Below are positions 48,914 to 58,976 of a stretch of DNA of 64,000 nt, in pieces. The position numbers were made by a program, and so were the translations under genes. Origin of the DNA: Candidatus Zhuqueibacterota bacterium. GTDB taxonomy: Bacteria; Zhuqueibacterota; Zhuqueibacteria; Residuimicrobiales; Residuimicrobiaceae. How positions within the stretch are numbered: position 1 is the first letter of the stretch; every line of letters starts with the position of its first letter. The stretch is from contig CAUJEL010000147.1 in NCBI GenBank assembly GCA_963169875.1, forward strand, positions 989 to 64,988. The letters run 5' to 3'. Under the pieces are notes generated by a model. It was not told the origin of the DNA and ran no database searches. It worked only from the letters and a program-made list of their open reading frames with translations.

Positions 48914-51900
48914 TTATTTCAGCATGATCATGCGTTTTGATTCCACAAAGTTACCAGCCTGGAGGCGGTAGAAATAGATGCCCGATGCCGTCATCATACC
49001 CTCATCGTTGTACCCGTCCCAGGTGGCTTGATGGCTGCCAGGCTGGGAGGCTCCATTGAACAAGGTTCTGATCAAACGTCCCTGCAGATCGTATATTTGC
49101 AGGGTGACGGTGGCGTTATCCGTGGAAGCATTCGGCACATTGTAAACGATCGTGGTCGTGGCGTTGAAGGGGTTCGGATAGTTTTGCAGCAATTCGAACT
49201 CCTCGGGGATTTCCGCCAGTTCGGTCTCTTCTTCCGCCGGCAGCATGGCATATTGCAGGGTCGCCATACTGCTCACGGAGGCCGGGCGGTCGCTTATCAC
49301 CCAAACAGGATCGGAATCTTCGATGGTATTGAGTTTTCCGAGCACGCCATGATTGGCATTGGCCGATTTATCACCTGCCACCTGCCCCGCGCCTTCATCA
49401 AAGGGATAATAGGCGGCGAGACCGGCTTCAGTGCCGTCCAGTTCGACGAACATGCCGGCGACAATCTGGGCCTCATTTCGCACCACATTCCAAATGCGCA
49501 TTTCATCCAACACGCCTTTGTAATGGTATTCATAAGCGTCCACATGTTTGGCGCCGCCGATGATCATATCGTTAACCAGGCTGCGCGGCGAGGCGGTGCC
49601 GGCTTTGGTGGATTCCAGTGTGCCATTAATGTACAGCTTTGCCACAGCGCCATCAAACGTAGCAGCGACATGGATCCATGCATTGGCTGCCATCAACGAG
49701 GTGCTGGGTCCGAGGATGTTGTTCATTCTCGAACCGCCCGGGATGGCGGTGCGAAGTGCGCCGCACATGCGGCCGGTGGTGCCGTAGAAGGCGAGATAGT
49801 ATTCATCAAAGGAGCCTTTTTCCAGAATACGGCGCCATTTCTGGCCTGGGTCATCCGTCTTCATCCAGAATTCGATGGTGAATTGACTGCTGACATTCAG
49901 ACTGGGTGCGCCCGGGACGGTGACAAGGTCATTGTTGCCGTCGAATTGCAGCGCATAGTCCGGCGCCGGCAGGGGTTCATCCGCCGCGACGATGGAGAAC
50001 AGGGCGTCGCTGACATCAAACGGTGTGCTGGTGGTGCTCTCGGCCACCTTGATCAGGCATTGCGCTGAGACCACATTGGGAATGGTCCATTCGTAGACGC
50101 CGGTGGCATCGACATCGGTGATCAGAGGCGTCCAGTTGACACCATTGTCCGAGGAGAACAAGATGTTCACCAGCCCGGTGAAACCGTCTTCAACGGTCCA
50201 GGTGATGGCATGAACCGTACCAACTTTCCAGCTCTCGCCGCCGTTGGGCTCGCTGACTGTGATGACATCCGGCAGCGGCGGTGGCGGTGGTGCTTTTATG
50301 GTGAATACAGCATTGCTGACATCCATGGGGGTGCCGTTGGCTGTATCAGCCACTTTGACCAGGCACAGAGTCGACGCAATGTCCGCCGGGATAGCCCAGG
50401 CATAGGTGCCGGTATTGGTCAAGCCACCGCTGATCAACGTCCAGGCCGCGCCATTGTCGAGGCTGTAGGAGAGGCTGACCGTGCCGCTGTAGTATTTATT
50501 GGTCCAGGTGATATTCTGTGTCGTGCCCGCCTCAAAGATTTCGCCACCGTTCGGGGCATTCACAATAATTTGCGGCGGTGGATTCAGGATAGGAAATGAT
50601 TCCAGGGTCCAGTCTCTTGGATTGGTAGTACCGTTGCCTTCTGATATACGCAAGCGGCCGTTTTCCGCGAGAAGATCGGGAACCGTCCAAATATAGGAAC
50701 CATCGTTGGGGGTGCCCTGGACTACTATAACCCATGGTTCACCGAGCCCTTCATCCCTATTAAATTCGATGGTGACTGTGCTGGCGAAGGTGGGCGATGT
50801 CTTCCACTTGATCTCATAAGGCGTGTTGCGGTACATTTTGACATCGTTGGGTTGGTACATGTCATCACTTGGATCGGTGAGCCGGATCCATTTGGCCGGA
50901 TCTGGAAGGTAATAATTGGGATTGAGGTTGTTGGTGACGAAGATCCGGTCCAGGCAAGTATAATGTTCGCGGTCGATGAAACGGATCTTATGGGTGCCGG
51001 CAGTCAGGTTGAAAAACAACGGATCGACCACCGGATTCGTGATGCTGGTACCGTGCGATACACGATCCCATTTCCAATAATAGCCTGCGCTGGCGACATG
51101 GAAGTCCATGATTGGGCCACCGTCCATGGAGACCCGCCAGGAATTGCGATTGCTGCCAAGTCCCATGACTCGTGCCCACACGACATACATGCCGGCCACT
51201 GGAACGTTAAACGTCAGCTCATCGTAAACGGTCGACACATAGTTGTCCGTGGAGAAGACATACTGGCTATTGAATGCTTCACCGTCGTCACGCACATACA
51301 TATGGTTGCTGGAGCGAAAGCCGCTTTCCGCCTCGACCGTGGTTTTGGACTCAACGAAGCCAACCATGGAGATGGTGATGTTGGCGTCGCTGACATCGAA
51401 TTCAGCCGCATTGCCCGGGTTGGAGACCCTGACGCGCGCCACCGTAGTCGGATAAGCCGGTACGGTCAGATTCGCAGTACCTGTGTTCGCCAAACCGGCA
51501 GCCCAGGTGTAGAAATAGACGCCATCAAACGAGATAAGAATGTCAACGGTAGCCAGTGCCGGATCGACGGCCCAGGTGACGGGGGTTGCGGTTCCCGCGT
51601 TCAACGCGCCACCATTGGGTGTGACAAGATTGAAGCCGATCGGTGCCGTGGACATGACCCAGTTGGGGTCGTTGGTATCCGGGTTGACCCCATCGGATCC
51701 GCGCTGGGCATCCAGGCTGTTGGCTGTGGCATCATCAATGACTTGGCCGGAGCTTTCATTCATTTTGTAATAAGCGAAAAGTCCGGCCGTCGCTTCTGAG
51801 ACCAGCGCGCCGCGGTTGAGCTGAATTTCTGGATCAGTACGGGCGACGCTCCAGATGCGGACATCATCGATCTGACCATTGAAGGGGCGATCCAGTGCCG

Positions 51901-52369
51901 CGCGGTTGCCTATGACCAACGGGTTCGCGCTGGCAGGCAAATTCAGGGAAGCGTCTGTCAGCGATGCCACCGGTGCGCCATCATAAAACAGCGTTCCGGT
52001 GTAGATACCGGCATTATCGATCACCCGAATTGCCACATGATGCCATCCGGCTGTGACCGTGTTGATGGGTGAATTCAATTCCGGACTTCCGGACGGTCCG
52101 CGAAAACCGAAGGTGTTAGTCGCTCCCAAATAAAAGGCGAAAACGCCATCGCGATCCGCAATACGGTCATAATTGTTGTAACCGGCCACATTGATCCAGG
52201 CTTCCATGGTGTAATTACCGGTCAGGTTGTCCAGGAGCACGTTGTCGGGTACGATAATCGCGTCGTCGGTGCCATCAAAGGTCAGCGTATAGCCTGCGTT
52301 GCCAATGGCAAAAACAGCGGCTGGCATCAACAGCGCGAGTATGAATAATAAATAAATCTTTGTTTTCAT
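48914..52369 (-). CDS. Large secreted protein (about 1150 aa) with two LamG-like (concanavalin-A-like) jelly-roll domains, Ig-like repeats and a T9SS C-terminal sorting domain
   Basis: AAGGAG ribosome-binding site. Signal peptide. LamG signatures (LTFDGTDDAIIVPD…GNYTMEAWIN…WHHVA…DDVRIW). The second copy is near LQFDGNNDLV…EFWMK…DEMRIWN. The C-terminus …NYPNPFNATTTIVYNVP…LQIYDLQGRLI…SGIYFYRLQAGNF… is a T9SS tail. Confidence 0.8.
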   Translation of the reverse strand: MKTKIYLLFILALLMPAAVFAIGNAGYTLTFDGTDDAIIVPDNVLLDNLTGNYTMEAWINVAGYNNYDRIADRDGVFAFYLGATNTFGFRGPSGSPELNSPINTVTAGWHHVAIRVIDNAGIYTGTLFYDGAPVASLTDASLNLPASANPLVIGNRAALDRPFNGQIDDVRIWSVARTDPEIQLNRGALVSEATAGLFAYYKMNESSGQVIDDATANSLDAQRGSDGVNPDTNDPNWVMSTAPIGFNLVTPNGGALNAGTATPVTWAVDPALATVDILISFDGVYFYTWAAGLANTGTANLTVPAYPTTVARVRVSNPGNAAEFDVSDANITISMVGFVESKTTVEAESGFRSSNHMYVRDDGEAFNSQYVFSTDNYVSTVYDELTFNVPVAGMYVVWARVMGLGSNRNSWRVSMDGGPIMDFHVASAGYYWKWDRVSHGTSITNPVVDPLFFNLTAGTHKIRFIDREHYTCLDRIFVTNNLNPNYYLPDPAKWIRLTDPSDDMYQPNDVKMYRNTPYEIKWKTSPTFASTVTIEFNRDEGLGEPWVIVVQGTPNDGSYIWTVPDLLAENGRLRISEGNGTTNPRDWTLESFPILNPPPQIIVNAPNGGEIFEAGTTQNITWTNKYYSGTVSLSYSLDNGAAWTLISGGLTNTGTYAWAIPADIASTLCLVKVADTANGTPMDVSNAVFTIKAPPPPPLPDVITVSEPNGGESWKVGTVHAITWTVEDGFTGLVNILFSSDNGVNWTPLITDVDATGVYEWTIPNVVSAQCLIKVAESTTSTPFDVSDALFSIVAADEPLPAPDYALQFDGNNDLVTVPGAPSLNVSSQFTIEFWMKTDDPGQKWRRILEKGSFDEYYLAFYGTTGRMCGALRTAIPGGSRMNNILGPSTSLMAANAWIHVAATFDGAVAKLYINGTLESTKAGTASPRSLVNDMIIGGAKHVDAYEYHYKGVLDEMRIWNVVRNEAQIVAGMFVELDGTEAGLAAYYPFDEGAGQVAGDKSANANHGVLGKLNTIEDSDPVWVISDRPASVSSMATLQYAMLPAEEETELAEIPEEFELLQNYPNPFNATTTIVYNVPNASTDNATVTLQIYDLQGRLIRTLFNGASQPGSHQATWDGYNDEGMMTASGIYFYRLQAGNFVESKRMIMLK

Positions 52370-52759
52370 TTTAATCTCCTTCGTAAATTCCATTCACGAA
52401 TCATGCTGGTACAGCGGACTGTGGATTTGCGGGTTGGGTACCTGCATGACTCAAACATCGAAGCAGTCTTGTCGTCCATCACCTCCTTCATCACTGACAG
52501 CGAGCATTATGAATATGAGTTGATTACACTATTCTACTACTTGTATGTACGGAAAAAGGCAAGATTCGCAGAGAAATATTTTGCATTCGAGCACGCGCAG
52601 AACGAGTCACTCATAATTTACATATTTTTGCTGCAGTTATTGTGTTTTGCATCAAAAAAGAACAAGTAATTTGGGGTTGCGCTGCAGAGATGCGTGCGAT
52701 GCCTGGCGATCTGAGGCTGCGGAGTCTGAAGTTGCTGGAGCGTTGAATCCCGATGAGCA

Positions 52760-52795
52760 ATAAATATAAAGGGCATCACAGTGCGGATGCCCCTG
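52760..52795 (-). terminator. Rho-independent terminator for the NlpC/P60 gene
   Basis: GGGCATC-acagtgcg-GATGCCC, preceded on the plus strand by an A-rich tract (a U-tract on the minus strand). Confidence 0.55.
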
Positions 52796-52848
52796 TTATT
52801 TAAATTTAAAATAATAAATCAATAAATGCAAGAAATACGATAAAAAGA

Positions 52849-53985
52849 TCAAAGAATTCTGCGTACGGCCTGCAATCCCTTGACGCGGTAGGCGCTGAAT
52901 TCGGCGTCAGCCGGATCAAAACTGTTGATATGCACCCAGCCGTCGCTGTGAATGAATTTCTTACCGCCGATATACATGCCCACATGGGTGATGCGCTGCA
53001 GGGAGCGGCCAAAGAAGAGCAAATCACCGGGTTGCAGCTGTGAATAGCTGGAGTCCATGGCGACAGGTTCACCGGCGAGGACCTGCATGTTGGCGTCGCG
53101 CGGCAGGGTGATGCCATAGTGACGATAGATGGCCTTGGTGAACCCGGAGCAATCGAATCCTTTGGTGGTGAGTCCACCCCAGAGATAGGGATGGCCGGTG
53201 AAGCAACGCGCGGTGTGCACCAGCTGTTCCGGGTTGGGTTTTGGCTGGGCGAGATGCTCTTCGAGGAGGCGCACCTGGTTTTTCAGTACATAACCGCTGC
53301 GGCCGTCCGGCAGTGAAACACGCCACCATTTGCCCTCTTTTTTTTCGCGCGCCAGAACCAGTCCTTCGGTCAAATCGCAGACCGGATATGAATCTGTCTT
53401 TTTCTTGCTGTACACCTGGCCAAAGTTATCCATGAATATCACTTTAGGCCGCGCCTGCCACGCGGCGAACTGCTGTTTATCCATGACGGTGATCGATGAA
53501 TTCATCATGTAACCGACATAGCCGTCGCTCAGTTGAATGTACCAGAACATGCCGGCGTGGCGGAGAATGGTGACCGGTTCGCCCAGGATGCCCTGGTTGA
53601 TCTGCTCAAAATCCACATCCGCACCGCTGCGCAGCGGCGCCGTGCTCACGGTGATCACGCCCCGGGTTTTCTCGCCCAGACTCGCCAGAGGCAGGGCGAC
53701 GATCTGAATACGGTTAGGCTCTATCCTGAGCCGCGCCAGACGGCTGAGCAGGGAGTCGCGGGCCGCGGGGACAGTGGTTTCACCCTGGACAACCAGTGTG
53801 TCGTTTTGCATCTCCGCCTTGACATTGAATACCTGCAGGCGCCGTTCCGGCACAAAGGCGCGGCCGGTTTCCTGGATCAGTTCAGTGACCTCTTTGGGCG
53901 CGGGCAGCGGCGAGAATTGTGCCAGTACGACCGAACTCAGAAACAGAATACCGCTAACTATGATTAAAGAACGTTGCATTTTCAA
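52849..53985 (-). CDS. NlpC/P60-family cell-wall peptidase with N-terminal SH3-like domains
   Basis: Catalytic Cys/His/His region (GHPYLWGG…FDCSGF…HVGMYIG…FIHS). Confidence 0.85.
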   Translation of the reverse strand: MKMQRSLIIVSGILFLSSVVLAQFSPLPAPKEVTELIQETGRAFVPERRLQVFNVKAEMQNDTLVVQGETTVPAARDSLLSRLARLRIEPNRIQIVALPLASLGEKTRGVITVSTAPLRSGADVDFEQINQGILGEPVTILRHAGMFWYIQLSDGYVGYMMNSSITVMDKQQFAAWQARPKVIFMDNFGQVYSKKKTDSYPVCDLTEGLVLAREKKEGKWWRVSLPDGRSGYVLKNQVRLLEEHLAQPKPNPEQLVHTARCFTGHPYLWGGLTTKGFDCSGFTKAIYRHYGITLPRDANMQVLAGEPVAMDSSYSQLQPGDLLFFGRSLQRITHVGMYIGGKKFIHSDGWVHINSFDPADAEFSAYRVKGLQAVRRIL

Positions 53986-54039
53986 AGGACGCTCCTTACT
54001 ATTTTCAGTAAACCATTATCATTACGTGGGTCATTTGCT

Positions 54040-54651
54040 TCATTCGAACATCGAGACATCGCCTTTGCCTGCACGAAGGACCTGCGGGATATCCGTGGTC
54101 AAATCGATGACGCTGGAGGGCTCCAGCCCGCCGGGCCCGCTGTCGATCAGGACTTCCACGTTGTTCTCAAAGATATCGGCAATGTCATCGATGTCGTTCA
54201 TGTAGGACTGGCCGGCCAGGGTGGCGCTGGTGCTGATGATGGGTTTGCCCAACTCGCGCAAAAGACGTTCACAAATCGGATGATCAGGCACACGGATGCC
54301 CACGGTTTTACGTTTTTCCAGAAGAATCTTCGGGACGATCCGGCTGGCCTCGAGGATGAAGGTATAGGGACCGGGCGTCAATCGTTTCATGATTTTATAA
54401 GCCGGATTCGAAACGCGGGCGTATTGCGCAATTTCCTTGAGATCCGGACAGATAAAGCTCAGCAGCTTGCGCTTGTCATTGCCTTTGAGCTGATAAATCC
54501 GTTCGACACCGCGCTTGTTGGTCAGATCGCAGCCCAGGCCATATACCGTATCTGTCGGATAAATGATGAGATTTCCATCGCGCAGCGTCTGTACAGCCTG
54601 CTTAATACGGTATTCCGATGGATATTCGGGTAATATCTCCAAACGCAGCAT
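54040..54651 (-). CDS. tsaC: L-threonylcarbamoyladenylate synthase (YrdC/Sua5 family)
   Basis: YPTDTVYGLGCD motif. YrdC fold and size. Confidence 0.9.
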   Translation of the reverse strand: MLRLEILPEYPSEYRIKQAVQTLRDGNLIIYPTDTVYGLGCDLTNKRGVERIYQLKGNDKRKLLSFICPDLKEIAQYARVSNPAYKIMKRLTPGPYTFILEASRIVPKILLEKRKTVGIRVPDHPICERLLRELGKPIISTSATLAGQSYMNDIDDIADIFENNVEVLIDSGPGGLEPSSVIDLTTDIPQVLRAGKGDVSMFE

Positions 54652-54985
54652 GACGCTCTTCCCGGTCCTGGTGGCTTGTTATGATATACACATTTGTAAA
54701 ATATACACTAAACGCCGTAAATTTGCAAGATTTTTATCATTGGATGATATTATTTTATTGTTTAAACTTAACCTGAATGATTCACCGCTGAGTACGCAGA
54801 GGTACGCAAGGAAAAGAAAAATATAAAAATGGCTTCGATATCAACGTTGATGACTGAGATGGAATTCGAAGCAAAATATTTCCGATAATCATAAAAAATA
54901 GCCCGGCGGCCTCGGCGGTCCATGAATAGAACAGGCTAAAAAGATTGCAAATAATCATGAATCAAACAGAACGAGGGATGTCATC

Positions 54986-55963
54986 GTGAATTATGAGGTC
55001 ATTGCGACGCTGGGCCCTGCCTGCGCATCGGCCGCGCAATGGGATGAATTACTGCGAAATGGTGCCACCGTGTTTCGCCTCAATACGTCGCATCTGCAGG
55101 TTGACGCGCTGCTGAAATGGCTGGATGCGCTGCGTCTCTTTTCTTCCCGGCTGGGCAGGACGATTCCGCTGACCCTGGATCTGCAGGGCAGCAAGTGGCG
55201 CCTGGGATATTTTTCAACCTGTGCGCTGCGGGAAGGAGACGCTGTGGAACTGGTGTTCTCGGCGAATTCTGATGTACCGCAAGTGCTTCCGGTGCCGCAT
55301 GGCGATTTTTTCGCGGCTGCGGAGCTGCATCCTGGGGAGTTCGTGCTCAATGACGGCCGCATCGTCCTGGTTGCTGAAACCTGTCATTCCGACCGCATCA
55401 GGGCGCGGGTGATTAAAGGAGGCGAGATCAGCAGCCGCAAAGGCATCACCATCGCAAGTTCCTCGTACCGCCATGAGTCCTTTTCCGAACAGGATCGCGC
55501 CATCATCGACGCCACTTATGCGTATCCGGGTTTATCCTTTGCTGTTTCCTACGTGCGCGATGGCGCGGAGATGTCCATTTTTCGCAGTCAAGTGAATGCA
55601 TCCGTGAAGGTTATCGCCAAGCTGGAGCGCGCGTCAGCGCTGGCCGACGCCGCTGTCATCGCAGGCTTTGCGGATGCAGTGTGGCTGTGCCGCGGTGATT
55701 TGGGGGCGGAGCTGGGACCGGTGGAGATGGCGGCTGCGGCGGCGCGGTTCGCGGAACAGGTGCCCTCATTGCCCGTTCCCGCCTTTCTGGCGGGACAGGT
55801 GCTGCAGCACATGTCCGATTTTCCCGATCCAACGCGCGCGGAAGTCTGCGGGCTGTATGATGCACTGCAGGCGGGATACCGGGGCGTGGTGCTGTCCGAT
55901 GAGACGGCCATTGGCCGTCATCCGGTGCAGGCATGCCGCGCAGCCGCGATGTTCATGGTGTAA
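54986..55963 (+). CDS. Pyruvate kinase-family protein, short form (A/B domains only, lacks C-terminal allosteric domain)
   Basis: GTG start. PK motifs in order: IATLGPA, FRLNTSH, LDLQGSKWR, RKGITI, KLE (the catalytic-Lys context), RGDLG, PTRAE, LSDETA. The protein ends about 120-150 aa earlier than canonical PK. Confidence 0.7.
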   Translation: MNYEVIATLGPACASAAQWDELLRNGATVFRLNTSHLQVDALLKWLDALRLFSSRLGRTIPLTLDLQGSKWRLGYFSTCALREGDAVELVFSANSDVPQVLPVPHGDFFAAAELHPGEFVLNDGRIVLVAETCHSDRIRARVIKGGEISSRKGITIASSSYRHESFSEQDRAIIDATYAYPGLSFAVSYVRDGAEMSIFRSQVNASVKVIAKLERASALADAAVIAGFADAVWLCRGDLGAELGPVEMAAAAARFAEQVPSLPVPAFLAGQVLQHMSDFPDPTRAEVCGLYDALQAGYRGVVLSDETAIGRHPVQACRAAAMFMV

Positions 55964-56038
55964 CCATCTTTTAGTTATGCGTCGGACAACCGAGTCAATC
56001 ATGGATACGCCACAGACAGCAGACATGGTTTGCGGTAC

Positions 56039-56270
56039 CCAAAAGATTCTTTCAAGAATGACATGGGTGGGAAATGAATGCAGGCAATGATTCGCGTCTG
56101 CGCCGGAAACCGGGTAGACGATAACACGAGTGGTGGTTGCCAAAAGGTTCTTTCAGAATGACATGGGGGAATAGTAACGCAAAACTGTCATGCCGTAGGC
56201 ATCTTTTAGGAATGCGGGCAATGATGCGCACCTGCGCAGGGACCCGGGTAGACGATAACACGGGGTGATG
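56039..56270. repeat. Two tandem copies of a composite ~100-130-bp repeat, each made of the AAAGATTCTT..AGAATGACATGG palindromic motif followed by a ~54-bp module
   Basis: Motif copies at 56039-56067 and 56140-56169. 54-bp modules at 56083-56136 and 56217-56270 (about 80% identical). A partial motif (ggatgacattcttatt) at 56291-56306 overlaps the selA stop codon. Confidence 0.7.
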
Positions 56271-56301
56271 ATTGCTGAACGTTCCCTGCTGGATGACATT
56301 C

Positions 56302-57702
56302 TTATTCAGCTGAAAACACCTGATTGATCATCCGCGCCATGGTCTGCACTTCCGCGTCCTGCACCGTGCGCAGATCGAGGACGATTTCATCCTCTTCAAT
56401 GTACCCCATGACCGGCACCTCCGCGCGCCGAAGGCGCGCCGCCCATTCATGGCTTTTACCATCTCCGGGCGCGAGCACCACCCCATAACTGGCGATTTTT
56501 TCCAGCGGCAGGGCGCCGCTGCCAGCCTGGGCTTTGGTCTCACGAATGGTGATGGTGAACGGTTTTTTTACGTCCGCATGCAACAGTTCCAGCAGCCGCT
56601 GGCAGCGGCTCAAAATTACCGCTGCCCCTTCACTCAGCATCCGCAGCGTCGGCAAATCCTGGCGTACTTTATTATCCTGATAATACAATCGCAGGGTCGC
56701 CTCCAGCGCCGCGTAGACCAGCTTGTCGCAGCGCAAGGCGCGCATCAGGGCATTGCTGTGAATCATGCCAATCCATTTTTGGGCGCCAACGATCAGCCCT
56801 GCCTGCGGTCCCCCCAGTATCTTGTCCCCGCTGAAAGTGACCACATCGGCGCCCGCGGCCAGACTCTCCTGCACCAGGGGCTCGTGCGGCAATCCGAGGC
56901 GGCGCAGGTCCACCAGCACACCGCCGCCGAGGTCGTGAATCACCGGAACGTCATGCTGGTGCGCCATCTCCACAATTTCAGGCAACGCGGGTTCTTCGGT
57001 GAATCCGAGGACGCGGTAATTGGAGGTGTGCGCCACCACAATGGCGCCGGTTTGCGCCGAGATCGCTTTCTCATAGTCCTTAAGCCGGGTCTTGTTGGTG
57101 GTGCCAACCTCTTTCATGCGCGTGCCGCTTTTCTCCATGACATCGGGCAGGCGAAAGGAGCCGCCGATCTCGATCAGTTGACCGCGGGAGATGATGGCCT
57201 CTTTGCCGTAACAGAGCGTGTTCAGAGCCAAGAGCACGGCCGCGGCATTATTGTTGACCACCGCGGCCGCTTCGGCGCCGCACAATCCGCACAACAGCGA
57301 TTCGATGTGATCGGTGCGTTCACCGCGCTTGCCGCTCGCCATGTCCAGTTCCAGATTGCTGTAGCCCGCCATGATGCGGGCGACGTTCTCCCGGGCGGCG
57401 GCCGCATACGGCGCCCGGCCAAGTCCGGTGTGCAGGATGACGCCCGTGGCATTGATCACCGGACGCAGGTGGGGGAGGGCAAACTGTCCGCAGCGTTTTT
57501 CCAATTCCTGCATAGTCCGTGCAATCCACTGCTCCCTGGTGCGTGATTCAGCCGGTTTCTCGCGGCGGAAGGTCTGCAAGATATCGCGCAGGTATTGTTT
57601 GACAAGCGCCGGAGAATATTTCTCTTGCCACGCTTGTGAAGCGGGCTGGCTGAGGAGCAGATCCATGGAGGGTAATTGCGAAAAAGGATTTGACGGTTTC
57701 AT
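56302..57702 (-). CDS. selA: L-seryl-tRNA(Sec) selenium transferase (selenocysteine synthase)
   Basis: About 466 aa. PLP-lysine context FSGDKILGGPQAG. Overall SelA architecture. Confidence 0.9.
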   Translation of the reverse strand: MKPSNPFSQLPSMDLLLSQPASQAWQEKYSPALVKQYLRDILQTFRREKPAESRTREQWIARTMQELEKRCGQFALPHLRPVINATGVILHTGLGRAPYAAAARENVARIMAGYSNLELDMASGKRGERTDHIESLLCGLCGAEAAAVVNNNAAAVLLALNTLCYGKEAIISRGQLIEIGGSFRLPDVMEKSGTRMKEVGTTNKTRLKDYEKAISAQTGAIVVAHTSNYRVLGFTEEPALPEIVEMAHQHDVPVIHDLGGGVLVDLRRLGLPHEPLVQESLAAGADVVTFSGDKILGGPQAGLIVGAQKWIGMIHSNALMRALRCDKLVYAALEATLRLYYQDNKVRQDLPTLRMLSEGAAVILSRCQRLLELLHADVKKPFTITIRETKAQAGSGALPLEKIASYGVVLAPGDGKSHEWAARLRRAEVPVMGYIEEDEIVLDLRTVQDAEVQTMARMINQVFSAE

Positions 57703-57744
57703 ACGATCTCGTCCAATAGTCCAAGGTTACGAGGCGAAAAACGT

Positions 57745-58959
57745 TTACAGCAGCGTTTGTGCATCTGCTTTGCGAAATTTGTGCGCTGACGGGATGAAGA
57801 TGGCTGCGATGACGGCCAGCATCAGAATGATCATCATCCATTGCAAGGCAAATGCGATCCCCTTGCTTTCTGCGACTGCGCCCAGCGGCGTTATGCAGAG
57901 TCCGCCCAGGCCCCATGCCAATCCCATCATCAGCGAAGAGATCGTTCCCGCCTGTTCGGGGAACAGCTCCTGTCCCATGATGATGTTCACGGAAATGGAA
58001 GAATAGAGAAAAAAGCCGGCCATACCGAGCAGGACCAGGCTGACCATGCCGGAGGTTTGCAGAAAAAGCCAGAAAAACGGCAGGGCGCCCAACAGCGAGA
58101 TGAGGATGACGGGTTTGTGACCGATGCGATCGGAGAGGATGCCGCCGAGAATGGTGCCGCCTGCGCCGCTGAGTTCAAAAATGGTGTTTGCCGATCCCGC
58201 CACCATGAGCGAAAAATGCTGTTGTGTCAGATAGATCGGGCCGAAGGTGAGAAACGCGGCGACGATGAACGCCCGCGCGAACACGACGAACCAAACCAGA
58301 AACAGGGCGTGGAAGCGGCCGCTTTTCAAAATCGACCACCGCAGCGGGAGGCGGGCCCCCTGTTTGGCTTGTGGCAGTTCGCGCGGCAACAGGCGCCATA
58401 AAATGGCGACGACGACAAGTCCATAGATCATGGTGAGGTAACTGTATTTCAGTCCCCACAGGGTGACGACGGTCAGGATGATCAAGGGACCCAGGGCATG
58501 GCCCGCGTTGCCGCCGGTCACAAAGATCGACATGTTCATGCCGCGCCTGGTCCGGCTCGCTTGCCCGGCCAAAGCAGCCGCTTGTGGATGAAAAGCGGCC
58601 GTGCCCAATCCCCCGAGCAGAATGATGGCCGCCAAGCCCCAATAGCTGCGCCACAAGCCCAGGGTGCCGATAAAGAGCGCGGTGACCAGAGGGCCGAGTA
58701 TGACCAGATAGGGCCGCCGCAAACGGTCGGTGATGAGTCCGAAAACGGGCTGCATGATCGAGGTGGCCACGGACTGGATGGAGGTCAGGAGTCCGGCGAG
58801 GGTGAGGCTGTAGCCGATCTGCTGCATCAGCAACGGCTGCAGCGGGGCGAGAAAACCGGAGTAGGTATCGTTGGCAAAATGGCCCATCGCCAGGAGCCAG
58901 ATGTTACGTCCAGGCCGTCTTTTGTCTTCAGAGCGTTGCGTGTCGGGAGTTTTTTGCAT
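57745..58959 (-). CDS. MFS-family transporter
   Basis: Twelve transmembrane segments. MFS motif-A-like loops (GLITDRLRRP). Confidence 0.85.
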   Translation of the reverse strand: MQKTPDTQRSEDKRRPGRNIWLLAMGHFANDTYSGFLAPLQPLLMQQIGYSLTLAGLLTSIQSVATSIMQPVFGLITDRLRRPYLVILGPLVTALFIGTLGLWRSYWGLAAIILLGGLGTAAFHPQAAALAGQASRTRRGMNMSIFVTGGNAGHALGPLIILTVVTLWGLKYSYLTMIYGLVVVAILWRLLPRELPQAKQGARLPLRWSILKSGRFHALFLVWFVVFARAFIVAAFLTFGPIYLTQQHFSLMVAGSANTIFELSGAGGTILGGILSDRIGHKPVILISLLGALPFFWLFLQTSGMVSLVLLGMAGFFLYSSISVNIIMGQELFPEQAGTISSLMMGLAWGLGGLCITPLGAVAESKGIAFALQWMMIILMLAVIAAIFIPSAHKFRKADAQTLL

Positions 58960-58976
58960 GTAATAGGCGATCCGGG

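Noticed and set aside
52403-52669. 88-aa plus-strand ORF, AT-rich
   Set aside because: This is the likely promoter and leader of the divergent LamG gene. Its composition is atypical for coding sequence in this genome.
55964-56301. tRNA-Sec next to selA
   Set aside because: No cloverleaf with 8-bp acceptor stem, T-loop GTTCRA or TCA anticodon could be built. The region is explained by the composite repeats.
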